The position numbers and the translations under genes are program-made. Source: a virus. From it: a stretch of DNA of 33,143 nt. The stretch lies in the UHGV virus genome UHGV-0358485; one strand, 5' to 3'. A model generated the notes under the pieces. The model saw only the letters and a program-made list of their open reading frames with translations. It was not told the origin of the DNA and made no database searches. This document shows positions 24,644-32,483 of this stretch, piece after piece; position 1 is the first letter of the stretch; each line of letters starts with the position of its first letter.

Positions 24644-24671
24644 AGTCCGTGTTGCAGCACGGGCTTTTTTT
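24644..24671. terminator. Hairpin AGTCCGTG/CACGGGCT plus T7 between ImmA and the accessory genes
   Basis: Seen in sequence. Strong T-run on the plus strand, pyrimidine-rich on the minus strand. Confidence 0.5.
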
Positions 24672-25098
24672 ATATAAGAAAACGATAAGCGCTTTCTGGA
24701 AGTCCGTAAAGTTTTTTTAATTCCTCGATTTTTCTAGGATATTGATCGTTGTCTTCTTTGTATAAAGAAACAATGAGATTAGCAGCAAAGCAATTAGCTT
24801 CGCTTTCAGATTTGCTTCTAGATGTTCTTGTTGATACGTAATAGCTAGATAAGCCACGATGAAAAATAGCGTGACCTAATTCGTGAGCGCAAATGTAGAA
24901 TCTTTCCTCAGAGTCTCGCAGTTCATCATTTAAAAAGATTATCGCACGATCTCTAATTTCTTGAAACTGCCCTTTGGGATTTTCGATAAAAGGAACGTAT
25001 TGAATTTTAATGCCCATCTTTTCACAAATATAGAAAGGATTAGCGGACTGGTATTTCCGCTTCAATTCCTCGACTAAATTAATCGTATCCATCTCCAT
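24670..25098 (-). CDS. immA: ImmA/IrrE-family zinc metallopeptidase (repressor-cleaving anti-repressor protease)
   Basis: HEXXH motif in CAHELGHAIFH. Encoded immediately downstream of, and overlapping, the XRE repressor gene. Confidence 0.85.
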   Translation of the reverse strand: MEMDTINLVEELKRKYQSANPFYICEKMGIKIQYVPFIENPKGQFQEIRDRAIIFLNDELRDSEERFYICAHELGHAIFHRGLSSYYVSTRTSRSKSESEANCFAANLIVSLYKEDNDQYPRKIEELKKLYGLPESAYRFLI

Positions 25099-25102
25099 AA
25101 GC

Positions 25103-25477
25103 TCACATCTTTTTGCCTTTTTCTTTGTCTTCTTTCACAATATCCCAGAAAGTCGCTATCAGGATATCTTTTACGCGTTGGACCTGTTCAGGCGTCAGTG
25201 TTTCTCCGCCATAAGACATATTGACATTTGAATCTAGTAATTTATCAAGTTCAACTACTTCATCTTTTGTTGCCCAGTCAGGAACTTGGTTTCTACCGAG
25301 TAAATAATCAGTAGTTACATTAAAATAATCTGCTACAAGTTGTAGTCTTTTAGTACTAGGAGTTCTATTTTTCCATTGATAAATCGTGTTTTTAGGTATA
25401 TTTAATTCTTCTTCCAGTTGAGTTATACTTATACCTCTTTTATGAGCTAATTCCTTTATTCTATCTAGTAAATTCAT
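25103..25477 (-). CDS. XRE-family HTH repressor (CI-like/ImmR)
   Basis: N-terminal HTH ...RGISITQLEEELNIPKNTIYQWKNR. Divergent from Cro. ATGA-type coupling with ImmA. Confidence 0.9.
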   Translation of the reverse strand: MNLLDRIKELAHKRGISITQLEEELNIPKNTIYQWKNRTPSTKRLQLVADYFNVTTDYLLGRNQVPDWATKDEVVELDKLLDSNVNMSYGGETLTPEQVQRVKDILIATFWDIVKEDKEKGKKM

Positions 25478-25503
25478 TTTCGCACCTCACAAGCTACGAA
25501 AAC

Positions 25504-25521
25504 ACTAATAAAAAAATTAGT
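25504..25521. promoter_or_regulatory. Operator: perfect palindrome ACTAAT-N6-ATTAGT
   Basis: Seen in sequence. An identical-architecture site is at 25679-25696. Degenerate half-sites occur near 25536-25554, 25597-25602 and 25711-25715. Confidence 0.6.
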
Positions 25522-25529
25522 TAAAGGTG

Positions 25530-25558
25530 TTGACAACTAATAAAAGTGTTAGTATACT
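25530..25558 (+). promoter_or_regulatory. Rightward early promoter: TTGACA, 17-nt spacer, TATACT. An operator-like site lies in the spacer.
   Basis: -35 at 25530-25535 and -10 at 25553-25558. Spacer contains ACTAATAAAAGTGTTAGT. Confidence 0.65.
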
Positions 25559-25678
25559 GTTTTCGTAAGCTAAAATATTAGCTAAAAAGACTTGATAACT
25601 AATAAACACTTCACGGTCGGCAAACTCTGAAATGTAAATTACTAGGCATTTCTGTGTCTTATTTAGCTATGTCTATAT

Positions 25679-25696
25679 ACTAATAAAAATATTAGT
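25679..25696. promoter_or_regulatory. Operator: perfect palindrome ACTAAT-N6-ATTAGT (second copy)
   Basis: Seen in sequence. Overlaps a minus-strand TTGACA (plus-strand TGTCAA at 25700-25705) with a TAGTAT -10-like element, a candidate leftward repressor promoter. Confidence 0.55.
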
Positions 25697-25762
25697 TATT
25701 GTCAACGAATATTAGCTAATTTTTTAGCTTACAGATTTTTTTTTTAGAAAGGAGCTATTTTT

Positions 25763-25948
25763 ATGTCTGAGAATTTGGACTTAAAAATTCGAGCGGAGAT
25801 GAGAAAAAGAAGAATGACTTTCAAAGAACTAGCTGCGCTTGTTGGTATTTCAGGAGCTTATTTATCAGATATTCTAAACGGCAATCGTGATGGAAAAAAA
25901 GCTAAAGAACACATAGAAACTGTAAAAAAAATATTAGGTATTCAATAG
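25763..25948 (+). CDS. cro: Cro-like XRE HTH regulator
   Basis: 61 aa. HTH MTFKELAALVGISGAYLSDILNG. RBS GAAAGGAG. Divergent from the repressor. Confidence 0.8.
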   Translation: MSENLDLKIRAEMRKRRMTFKELAALVGISGAYLSDILNGNRDGKKAKEHIETVKKILGIQ

Positions 25949-25960
25949 GAGGAACAGCTA

Positions 25961-26299
25961 ATGCAATATCTAGAAGCAAAAATCCCAATTCCAGAAGGCT
26001 ATGTAATTATCTCCCAAGTGGATTATGAGGAGTTAAAAAAAGCTGATGATACTGGTAGATGGATGACGTTGCCAGAAGTGCTAGAACGGATTAACAGAAA
26101 ATATGATTGGTTTACTTCTAGAGTTTTAAAGAACCCAAGATATAGAAATATTATCGATATCGAAAAAAACAAAAATGGATTTGTCTATTATCCAGTTGAA
26201 GGAAGAGACACATATCTATTTTTAAGAAGTAAAACACTTGAATTTTTAGAAACAAATTTTTCGGAAATCTTAAGGAGGCAAGCGGATGGGAAAATTTAA
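25961..26299 (+). CDS. Hypothetical early protein (112 aa), possible winged-helix DNA-binding
   Basis: RBS AGGAGG. Second gene of the early rightward operon. The WMTLPEVLERIN stretch is HTH-like. Confidence 0.55.
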   Translation: MQYLEAKIPIPEGYVIISQVDYEELKKADDTGRWMTLPEVLERINRKYDWFTSRVLKNPRYRNIIDIEKNKNGFVYYPVEGRDTYLFLRSKTLEFLETNFSEILRRQADGKI

Positions 26300-26456
26300 T
26301 AGAGCGCTAGTATTCAGCGCACCGCTAATCATCTACGCTTTAGGACTTTGGGGAAGCAGGCAAGCGTTGATAGGAACGATCGTTTACATGGTCTGGATTT
26401 TTATAGGTCTTGATGAAGCTGAGTACAAAACAAAAAAGCCAGCCGGGAGGGACTGA
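26286..26456 (+). CDS. Small membrane protein (56 aa, two TM). Not in the ORF track because it is shorter than 60 aa.
   Basis: RBS AGGAGG at 26273-26278 and ATG at 26286. Hydrophobic segments ALVFSAPLIIYALGLW and LIGTIVYMVWIFIGL. Confidence 0.45.
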   Translation: MGKFNRALVFSAPLIIYALGLWGSRQALIGTIVYMVWIFIGLDEAEYKTKKPAGRD

Positions 26457-26459
26457 CTA

Positions 26460-26633
26460 ATGAAAAAAAGTTTAATGACTATAAACGAAAAACAATTGAA
26501 AGAAAATTTTAATGATCTCATCAAAGAATTTGTAAAAGAAACTGGAGAATTTCCTAATCAAATTCATCTAGTTGCGGAGGGACATAGCCAGTATCAAGCT
26601 GTGAAATTTGAGATGAAGAAACAAATCTATTGA
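26460..26633 (+). CDS. Small hypothetical protein (57 aa)
   Basis: RBS GGGAGGG 8 nt upstream of ATG 26460. Its 3' 80 nt overlap the convergent minus-strand gene 26554-27219, so one of the two calls may be wrong. Confidence 0.3.
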   Translation: MKKSLMTINEKQLKENFNDLIKEFVKETGEFPNQIHLVAEGHSQYQAVKFEMKKQIY

Positions 26634-27219
26634 ATTTAGCAGTACCTCTACTTGTAAGAACATTTATTGTAATGTTTTTTTCGACTAAAGATTCATCGTA
26701 TCTAAAAACCAACGTAGTAATTTTTGACTCATACGGTGGAATGGTAATAGGTAATGACAACGGAGGAAAGTTTGATAGATCAGTACCTTTTTTTAAAGAT
26801 TTACCAGAATACGCACGTATACCATGTGGAAGTTCGTCATACATCGATTTTACCGTTACAGAATAATTATCACCAATCATTGTAAAAGCATTTAAAGTAT
26901 CAGGAATTCCAGAAATCGAAAACTCAATAATTGTAACAGGTAAAGAACTGTTATTTGTTAACAATACAGAATCTATAATCCTGAATTTATTTTGATGGTA
27001 AACATCTGGTTTGGAATCACTTTCTCTATCTATCAACCATTCTTCGCATTCAGCGAAGAAATCCAATTTTAAATTAAATTTTTTGTTTTTTCTATCTGTA
27101 TAGGAGATATAAAAAGCAAATGTTGAAAATACTAGAGACGTAATAGGCAAAATAAAATCTTTAATGGTTTTAACAATGTTATTCCAGTCAAATTGTTTAA
27201 TAAAGTCAATAAGACTCAA
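26554..27219 (-). CDS. Antisense-oriented membrane-anchored moron protein (221 aa) inside the early operon. Candidate abortive-infection or exclusion gene.
   Basis: 666-nt stop-free ORF in a 30% GC stretch. TTG start with GGTGGTGG RBS-like sequence upstream. N-terminal TM ILPITSLVFSTFAFYISY, then a 170-aa soluble domain with no recognisable motif. Confidence 0.55.
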   Translation of the reverse strand: MSLIDFIKQFDWNNIVKTIKDFILPITSLVFSTFAFYISYTDRKNKKFNLKLDFFAECEEWLIDRESDSKPDVYHQNKFRIIDSVLLTNNSSLPVTIIEFSISGIPDTLNAFTMIGDNYSVTVKSMYDELPHGIRAYSGKSLKKGTDLSNFPPLSLPITIPPYESKITTLVFRYDESLVEKNITINVLTSRGTAKFNRFVSSSQISQLDTGYVPPQLDEFD

Positions 27220-27273
27220 TTTATACCACCACCATTTTTTATCTACATTATATCAAAGAGGAGAGAAGAAATA

Positions 27274-27972
27274 ATGCAAGAATTAGTAATTTTGAAAAAT
27301 AAAGAAGCTGTGACTACGAGTTTGCAAGTCGCAGATAGTTTTGAAAAAGAACACAAAAATGTTTTGAGAGATATTGAAAAGTTAAAAGAAGATGTGCTCA
27401 ATTTTGAGCAGATGTTTGTGGAAGGTAATGAACCAGATTCATACGGCAGAAATCGACGAGTTTTCTTCATTAGTAGAGATGGTTTTTTCTTGTTGGCTAT
27501 GGGTTTTACAGGAAAGAAAGCTATTTACTTCAAACAAAAATACATTGAAGCATTCAACGAAATGGAAGATGTTATTCGCAAGAATACTGTTCCTCAAACA
27601 ATTGAAGATATGATGATCTACCAACTAGAAGAAATGAAAGATGTTAAAAAAGATGTCTCCATGCTTAAAGATACTATGCGAATTAGCGGACAACAAGAGT
27701 TTGAAATTAAGCAAAAAGGAAATATGAAAGTTATGGAAGTTCTAGGAGGCAAAGAAAGCCGAGCTTATGAAGAAATCAGCAAAAAAGTATTCTCAAAATT
27801 TTGGTCTGAATTTAAACGTACCTTTTCAATCCCAAGATATGGCGAGTTACCTCGTAAGAGATTCGATGATGCTGTTTCATTTATTGAAATGTGGTTACCA
27901 GAAACTGGGATCCGCATGGAAATCGATCAACTGAACAGACAACAAAGACTTTTCGGTGATGAAAATGAATAG
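27274..27972 (+). CDS. Rha-family phage regulatory protein / anti-repressor-like
   Basis: N-terminus ...VTTSLQVADSFEKEHKNVLRDIEKL matches the Rha (Phage_pRha) signature. RBS AGAGGAGAG at 27258-27266 and ATG at 27274. Confidence 0.7.
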   Translation: MQELVILKNKEAVTTSLQVADSFEKEHKNVLRDIEKLKEDVLNFEQMFVEGNEPDSYGRNRRVFFISRDGFFLLAMGFTGKKAIYFKQKYIEAFNEMEDVIRKNTVPQTIEDMMIYQLEEMKDVKKDVSMLKDTMRISGQQEFEIKQKGNMKVMEVLGGKESRAYEEISKKVFSKFWSEFKRTFSIPRYGELPRKRFDDAVSFIEMWLPETGIRMEIDQLNRQQRLFGDENE

Positions 27973-28089
27973 AGCTGAAGCGCTAAGAATAGGGACGGTA
28001 ATTGCTAATCGCTGGTGGAGACACAATAAACCAAGCATCCTAAGCCAACAACATATTGATAAGCAAAAAGCATGGCAACAAATAAAAAA

Positions 28090-28117
28090 GTGACTCCGCC
28101 GACAAGCAAAGAGTCAC
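28090..28117 (-). terminator. Hairpin GTGACTC/GAGTCAC (14-nt loop). Its T-run is on the minus strand.
   Basis: Plus strand has an A-run before the stem. The minus-strand RNA would read stem-loop-stem then UUUUUUAUUUGUU. No minus-strand gene lies upstream. Confidence 0.3.
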
Positions 28118-28148
28118 AAAGAAAATACATCTAAGGAGATGTTACCAC

Positions 28149-28514
28149 ATGGAAAAAGAACTTTCCACTCTAGATCAATATTTAACTGATCCTAGTTGGG
28201 GCAAATCGAATATCAAGGAAACAATCAATCGAAAAATCAGACGAAATCTTTTGACAAATGAAGAACTAGCATGTGATCAAGACGATTGGGGCAATTTTGT
28301 GAGTATTTGGGATCATGTCTATCTTATCCATCTATCGAAGCATTCGAATAAACCTGAATATATTTACGTCATCGAAGATGGCTTGATTGACGCGCTAGAA
28401 GAGTACGACAGAGATAACTTGATTGATATCTCTTATTACGGATCAGGTAAGAAATACATTGCTGAAATGGAGGCAGAATTTGATGAGTGGAAAGGAACAA
28501 CCTTTGAAAAATAG
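28149..28514 (+). CDS. Hypothetical early protein (121 aa)
   Basis: RBS AAGGAG. Acidic protein, no motif recognised. Confidence 0.55.
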   Translation: MEKELSTLDQYLTDPSWGKSNIKETINRKIRRNLLTNEELACDQDDWGNFVSIWDHVYLIHLSKHSNKPEYIYVIEDGLIDALEEYDRDNLIDISYYGSGKKYIAEMEAEFDEWKGTTFEK

Positions 28515-29256
28515 AAGTGATAATACGCTTTTTAATACCTTATACAAAATAAATGTGAAAGATGTTACTGAAAAACGAAATAACCTCACTTATCTTTCGT
28601 GGGCATGGGCTTGGGCAGAAGTTAGCAAAGTGTGTGAGGCAGTAGATTATGAAATCTATCATGATCCAGAAACATATCTGCCGTATGCCTTTGATAAGAA
28701 AACAGGGTACATGGTTTTTACCAGTATCACAGTCAACGGAGTAAAGCGTGACATGTGGTTACCAGTCATGGATGGTGCAAACAAGGCAATGAAAGATGAG
28801 CCATATACCTACGAAGTCAATGATTATCAGTGGAATAACGAAACGAAGAAAAAAGAGATTGTTGGAAAAATCGAAAAGCGAGTTGAAGCAGCAACTATGT
28901 TTGATATCAACAAAACGATCATGCGCTGTCTTGTAAAAAATCTAGCAATGTTTGGGCTAGGGCTATATATATTTGCTGGCGAAGATATGCCAGAAGATGT
29001 CTCGATGCTTGAACCAGCTACTCAAAGAAGCAAAAAGCTATTCTTGGATGCTTTACAACTGGTTGCTAACAAGTACGAAAAATCAATTGATGAAGCAATT
29101 GTTGCATTGACTGATGCGGCTTCTATAACCGCTGATGACAGTAAATGGACCAAGAGAGACTTGGGCATTCTAAAACGAGGCGTTAACTGGATTGAAGATC
29201 AGTACAGAGAAGAAACAAAAGAGAAGAAACAAAAGAGAAGTGATATGAGTGTTTAA
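28483..29256 (+). CDS. Sak/RAD52-like single-strand annealing protein (DUF1071-like), putative
   Basis: GGAGG at 28469-28473 and ATG at 28483. N-terminal NLTYLSWAWAWAEV motif resembles lactococcal Sak/RAD52-family SSAPs. Position in the recombination/replication block. Confidence 0.5.
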   Translation: MSGKEQPLKNRSDNTLFNTLYKINVKDVTEKRNNLTYLSWAWAWAEVSKVCEAVDYEIYHDPETYLPYAFDKKTGYMVFTSITVNGVKRDMWLPVMDGANKAMKDEPYTYEVNDYQWNNETKKKEIVGKIEKRVEAATMFDINKTIMRCLVKNLAMFGLGLYIFAGEDMPEDVSMLEPATQRSKKLFLDALQLVANKYEKSIDEAIVALTDAASITADDSKWTKRDLGILKRGVNWIEDQYREETKEKKQKRSDMSV

Positions 29257-29935
29257 ACCATTAATCGATTCATATTCAGCGGTTCTGAAAAAGTTCAAAG
29301 GAAAAGACATAGGCGCAACAATTAATGAAGAAGTGAACATCGAACGTTTGAAGACGATGTACGACGGATATGATGGCGATCGGATTATTGAAGTTCGATT
29401 TATTGATCCACGTCGATTTACTGTGCAGCAACGAAACTTCATCTATGCGCTGATAGGCGATATTTTTATCGATACAGGCATGCCAACGGACTTCTGGAAG
29501 GAATTCTTCTACTTCCGTTTTGAAGGTGTCACAGGGCGCAAAATAAGCCTCAAAGACGAATCGAATACAACTGTGAGTGATGCTAATGTCTTAGCAAATA
29601 TCATCTTAGATTTCATCTTTGAACACCATATTCCTTTCAAAGAAGGCTATGAGATTTTACCAGCGAATCAAGAATATTACTTCTACAAATGCATTACAAA
29701 AAGAGTTTGTTGCATCTGTGGCAAAACAGGAGCTGACATCGATCACTTTGACAAAGCGCTGGGAAGACGAAAGCGCAAAGAAGTTGATCATTCAGAGTAC
29801 ACATTTGCAGCACTCTGCAGAATCCATCACACAGAGAAACACAAAATAGGTGTGATTAATTTCAAAAATAAGTATCAAATCAAAGGGATTAAGTTAAACC
29901 AGGAAACAATTAAGAAACTTAGAATAGGAGGGTAA
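29249..29935 (+). CDS. Hypothetical protein with C-terminal HNH/Zn-finger-like nuclease motif
   Basis: GTG start overlapping the Sak stop. C-terminus CCICGKTGADIDHFD...CRIHHTEKH has a Cys pair plus D-H and H-H residues, as in HNH nucleases. Confidence 0.5.
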   Translation: MFKPLIDSYSAVLKKFKGKDIGATINEEVNIERLKTMYDGYDGDRIIEVRFIDPRRFTVQQRNFIYALIGDIFIDTGMPTDFWKEFFYFRFEGVTGRKISLKDESNTTVSDANVLANIILDFIFEHHIPFKEGYEILPANQEYYFYKCITKRVCCICGKTGADIDHFDKALGRRKRKEVDHSEYTFAALCRIHHTEKHKIGVINFKNKYQIKGIKLNQETIKKLRIGG

Positions 29936-29941
29936 AAAATA

Positions 29942-30769
29942 TTGTCTGACAACAAACGCTACTACTATTTAAAACTAAAAGAGAATTTTTTCGATAGTGA
30001 CGAGATGGTTCTCTTAGAAAGTATGCCAGATGGCTATATTTATTCTAATATTCTTCTCAAACTTTATTTAAGAAGTCTAAAACACGAAGGTAAGTTGATG
30101 TTTAATGACAGGATTCCATTTAACTCTACAATGCTCGCAACTATTACAAGACATTCTGTAGGAGTCGTAGAAAAAGCGGTACAAATTTTCCGTGATTTGC
30201 AGCTTATTGACGTATTAGATAACGGAGCAATCTATATGTCTGATATACAAAGTTTCATTGGAAAATCCTCAACTGAAGCAGATAGAAAAAGAGAATACAG
30301 AAAGAAAATAGAAGAGGCAAAACGGAATTTAATAACTGGAGGACAAGTGTCGGACAAATGTCCAGACAAAACTACACCAGAGTTAGAGATAGAGATAGAG
30401 AAAGATATAGATAAAGAAGAAAAGAAAGGTAAGTATTCTGACGAACACTTACGCCTTGCTAAAAAGTTGCAAAGTAATTTAACTGAAGATTTTCCAAAAG
30501 AAATGAATAAAGTAGATATCGAAAAATGGGCAGACACAATCAGGTTGATGGAAGAAAGAGATAAAGCATCTATAGAAGCGATTGAGTATGTGATCAATTG
30601 GCTACCTACAAATGAATTTTGGTTTGGAAATATTAGAAGTGCTAAGAAATTGAGAGAAAAATTCGAGAAGCTCAAATTCGAAATCAAAGCAGACAAGAAG
30701 AATCATAAAAAGCAAAGTCAAAAACTACAGTACAGCAATCCTAGTGAATATGACGACTTGCCAATTTAA
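29942..30769 (+). CDS. Phage replisome organizer (N-terminal Phage_rep_org_N-type domain, DnaD-like)
   Basis: N-terminus RYYYLKLKENFFDSDEMV is the characteristic start of the replisome-organizer N-domain. TTG start 10 nt after AGGAGG. Internal AT-rich iteron-like repeats at 30382-30420. Confidence 0.75.
   Translation: MSDNKRYYYLKLKENFFDSDEMVLLESMPDGYIYSNILLKLYLRSLKHEGKLMFNDRIPFNSTMLATITRHSVGVVEKAVQIFRDLQLIDVLDNGAIYMSDIQSFIGKSSTEADRKREYRKKIEEAKRNLITGGQVSDKCPDKTTPELEIEIEKDIDKEEKKGKYSDEHLRLAKKLQSNLTEDFPKEMNKVDIEKWADTIRLMEERDKASIEAIEYVINWLPTNEFWFGNIRSAKKLREKFEKLKFEIKADKKNHKKQSQKLQYSNPSEYDDLPI
30382..30420. repeat. Iteron-like hexamer array GAGATA/GAGAAA/GATATA/GATAAA inside the replisome organizer gene. 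Candidate phage origin.
   Basis: Seen in sequence (encodes ELEIEIEKDIDKEE). Origins are often embedded in organizer genes. Confidence 0.35.
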
Positions 30770-30785
30770 AAAGGAGATGCATCAC

Positions 30786-31637
30786 ATGGAAAGCCTAGCA
30801 AATGCTATGGAGAAGCTAATAAGAAGAGTATTAGTGCAAAGCGGAAAATGTCCAGAATGTAGCGAACCTTTGTATAGTTGGCGAGCTAAAAATAAGGATG
30901 GTTCAGAACGTTGTAAACCAACATGCATGAGTTGTGGTTATAAAGCGTTACGTGTGAAAGAGGATATACAGACCGAACGGATATATAACGACAGCTTAAA
31001 AGCACGAGCATTGAGTTTTTTTCAAAATGGTTCGGTATTAACAGATAAAACTTTGTTTAAATGCAAAATGGAGAATTATCACGTAGTGGACCAAGAAACG
31101 AAAATTGCTTTAGAAAGAGCTAAAAGCTATGTAAATGATGTCCTACTGAACCATCCTGCACATTTCATTCTATCAGGGAAATCAGGAAGCGGAAAAAGCC
31201 ACTTATCAATGGCGACAGCTTGGGAAATACTTGAGCGCTCAAATTATGACAAGAAAATACTTTTTATAAGCTATCAAGAGTTATTAGAGCAAATAAAGTT
31301 TTCTTATAACAATGCTGAACTGAGAAAAGAAATTGAAGGATCGCTTATAGCCGATATCAAAACAACTGATTTGGTGGTTTTTGACGATATTGGAGCTGAA
31401 TTAGGTAGCGGGGTATCAAATAGTAGGCAGTTTACAAACAACACGTTAAACACGCTCTTAGAAGCCAGACAGAACAAGGCAACGATCATCACAACAAACT
31501 TATCTGGTCCCGAACTAAGAGAAGCCTACGGCGAAAGAATTGTTTCTAGGATATTTAAGAATTCAGAAGGTTATGCGCTGAAATTCCAACAAACAGCAGA
31601 CAAGCGCATAAAACCAGTGAAAGGTAGTATCGCATGA
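30786..31637 (+). CDS. DnaC/IstB-like AAA+ helicase loader with N-terminal Zn-ribbon
   Basis: Walker A SGKSGSGKSHL. Walker B LVVFDDIG. N-terminal CPECSEP...CMSCGY. RBS AAGGAGA and ATG at 30786. Confidence 0.8.
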   Translation: MESLANAMEKLIRRVLVQSGKCPECSEPLYSWRAKNKDGSERCKPTCMSCGYKALRVKEDIQTERIYNDSLKARALSFFQNGSVLTDKTLFKCKMENYHVVDQETKIALERAKSYVNDVLLNHPAHFILSGKSGSGKSHLSMATAWEILERSNYDKKILFISYQELLEQIKFSYNNAELRKEIEGSLIADIKTTDLVVFDDIGAELGSGVSNSRQFTNNTLNTLLEARQNKATIITTNLSGPELREAYGERIVSRIFKNSEGYALKFQQTADKRIKPVKGSIA

Positions 31638-31993
31638 ATAAATACCGTAATAAAAAAACTGTTCATCGAGGTATCAAGTTTGATTCTATCGCAGAAGCAG
31701 AGTATTACGATCTAGCCTTGTGGCAAGCTGAAGCGAATGGCTGGAAAGTAAAACTTCAAGAAAGATTTGAGCTGATGCCGAAATTTGAACTAGAAGGAAA
31801 GAAGTATCGCAAGATCGAGTATATTCCCGACTTCACATTTTATAAAAACGGCAAACTTGTCAAAGTCGTAGATGTCAAAGGAATGCAGACAAAAGACTTT
31901 AAGATCAAGGCAAAGTTGTTCTGTCATCAATATCAAGTGCCGTTGATATTAGCTAAAAAATATCGGAATACGTTCAAGGAAGAACGGTTTTAA
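31634..31993 (+). CDS. DUF1064-like protein (restriction-endonuclease-fold, putative resolvase/nuclease)
   Basis: 119 aa. ATGA overlap with the DnaC-like gene. Pattern KFDSIAEAEYY...YIPDFTFY...VVDVKG matches the DUF1064 architecture commonly found after dnaC in Firmicute phages. Confidence 0.65.
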   Translation: MNKYRNKKTVHRGIKFDSIAEAEYYDLALWQAEANGWKVKLQERFELMPKFELEGKKYRKIEYIPDFTFYKNGKLVKVVDVKGMQTKDFKIKAKLFCHQYQVPLILAKKYRNTFKEERF

Positions 31994-32007
31994 CGAGGTG
32001 GTCCATC

Positions 32008-32181
32008 ATGACAACAGAAGAAGTGATTCAAATGCGTATTCGAAGCCTTCAGCGTGAGATTGACGATCTGGAACGAACAAAGGCAGTGATGGTCAATGAA
32101 ACGGCGAGAAAGGCAATCGGAATGGCAATCGATTTTCACATAGAAGACTTAAGAAGGGAAATTCGTAGATTGGAGGAATGA
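32008..32181 (+). CDS. Small coiled-coil protein (57 aa). Not in the ORF track.
   Basis: RBS GAGGTGG and ATG at 32008. Heptad-like sequence. Ends with a TGA that overlaps the next start. Confidence 0.4.
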   Translation: MTTEEVIQMRIRSLQREIDDLERTKAVMVNETARKAIGMAIDFHIEDLRREIRRLEE

Positions 32182-32183
32182 GC

Positions 32184-32483
32184 GTGGATAAGAAAGCAGC
32201 AATGAAACGAATCATCGAACTGACACATTCTGAGAATTGGCAAGAAGACAAAGAAATAGTTGCAGAAGTCCAGAAGCTTGGCAAATTAATGTGGACTGAA
32301 AAGCCTAAACGGAAAACGCCGAGAAAAATTGCAATCTGGCATGGTGATCGAATTCTAGTAACAGGTACTGCTGAACAGTTATCTGAAATTACTGGATTAA
32401 GCAAAAACATTATCTGGGATAGAGCTAGGAGCTTATGGATTGATTCAAAAGGACGACAGTTTAGGTATGTGGAGGAGAAATAA
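32184..32483 (+). CDS. Hypothetical protein (about 100 aa)
   Basis: GGAGGA followed by GTG at 32184. The ATG at 32178 is directly adjacent to the RBS. Confidence 0.5.
   Translation: MDKKAAMKRIIELTHSENWQEDKEIVAEVQKLGKLMWTEKPKRKTPRKIAIWHGDRILVTGTAEQLSEITGLSKNIIWDRARSLWIDSKGRQFRYVEEK

Noticed and set aside
26630-26866. Plus ORF 26630-26866 (78 aa)
   Set aside because: Antisense to the 221-aa minus-strand gene, no RBS. The minus-strand frame is far longer and stop-free.
27243-27624. ORFs 27243-27470(-), 27392-27613(+) and 27439-27624(-)
   Set aside because: Alternative frame or antisense within the Rha gene, whose N-terminal family signature is clear.
29170-29849. ORFs 29170-29442(-) and 29619-29849(+)
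   Set aside because: Overlap the Sak-like gene and the HNH-finger gene in other frames. No signals.
30232-30696. Minus ORF 30232-30696 (154 aa)
   Set aside because: Antisense to the replisome-organizer gene across its repeat-rich low-complexity region. This is a common artefact.
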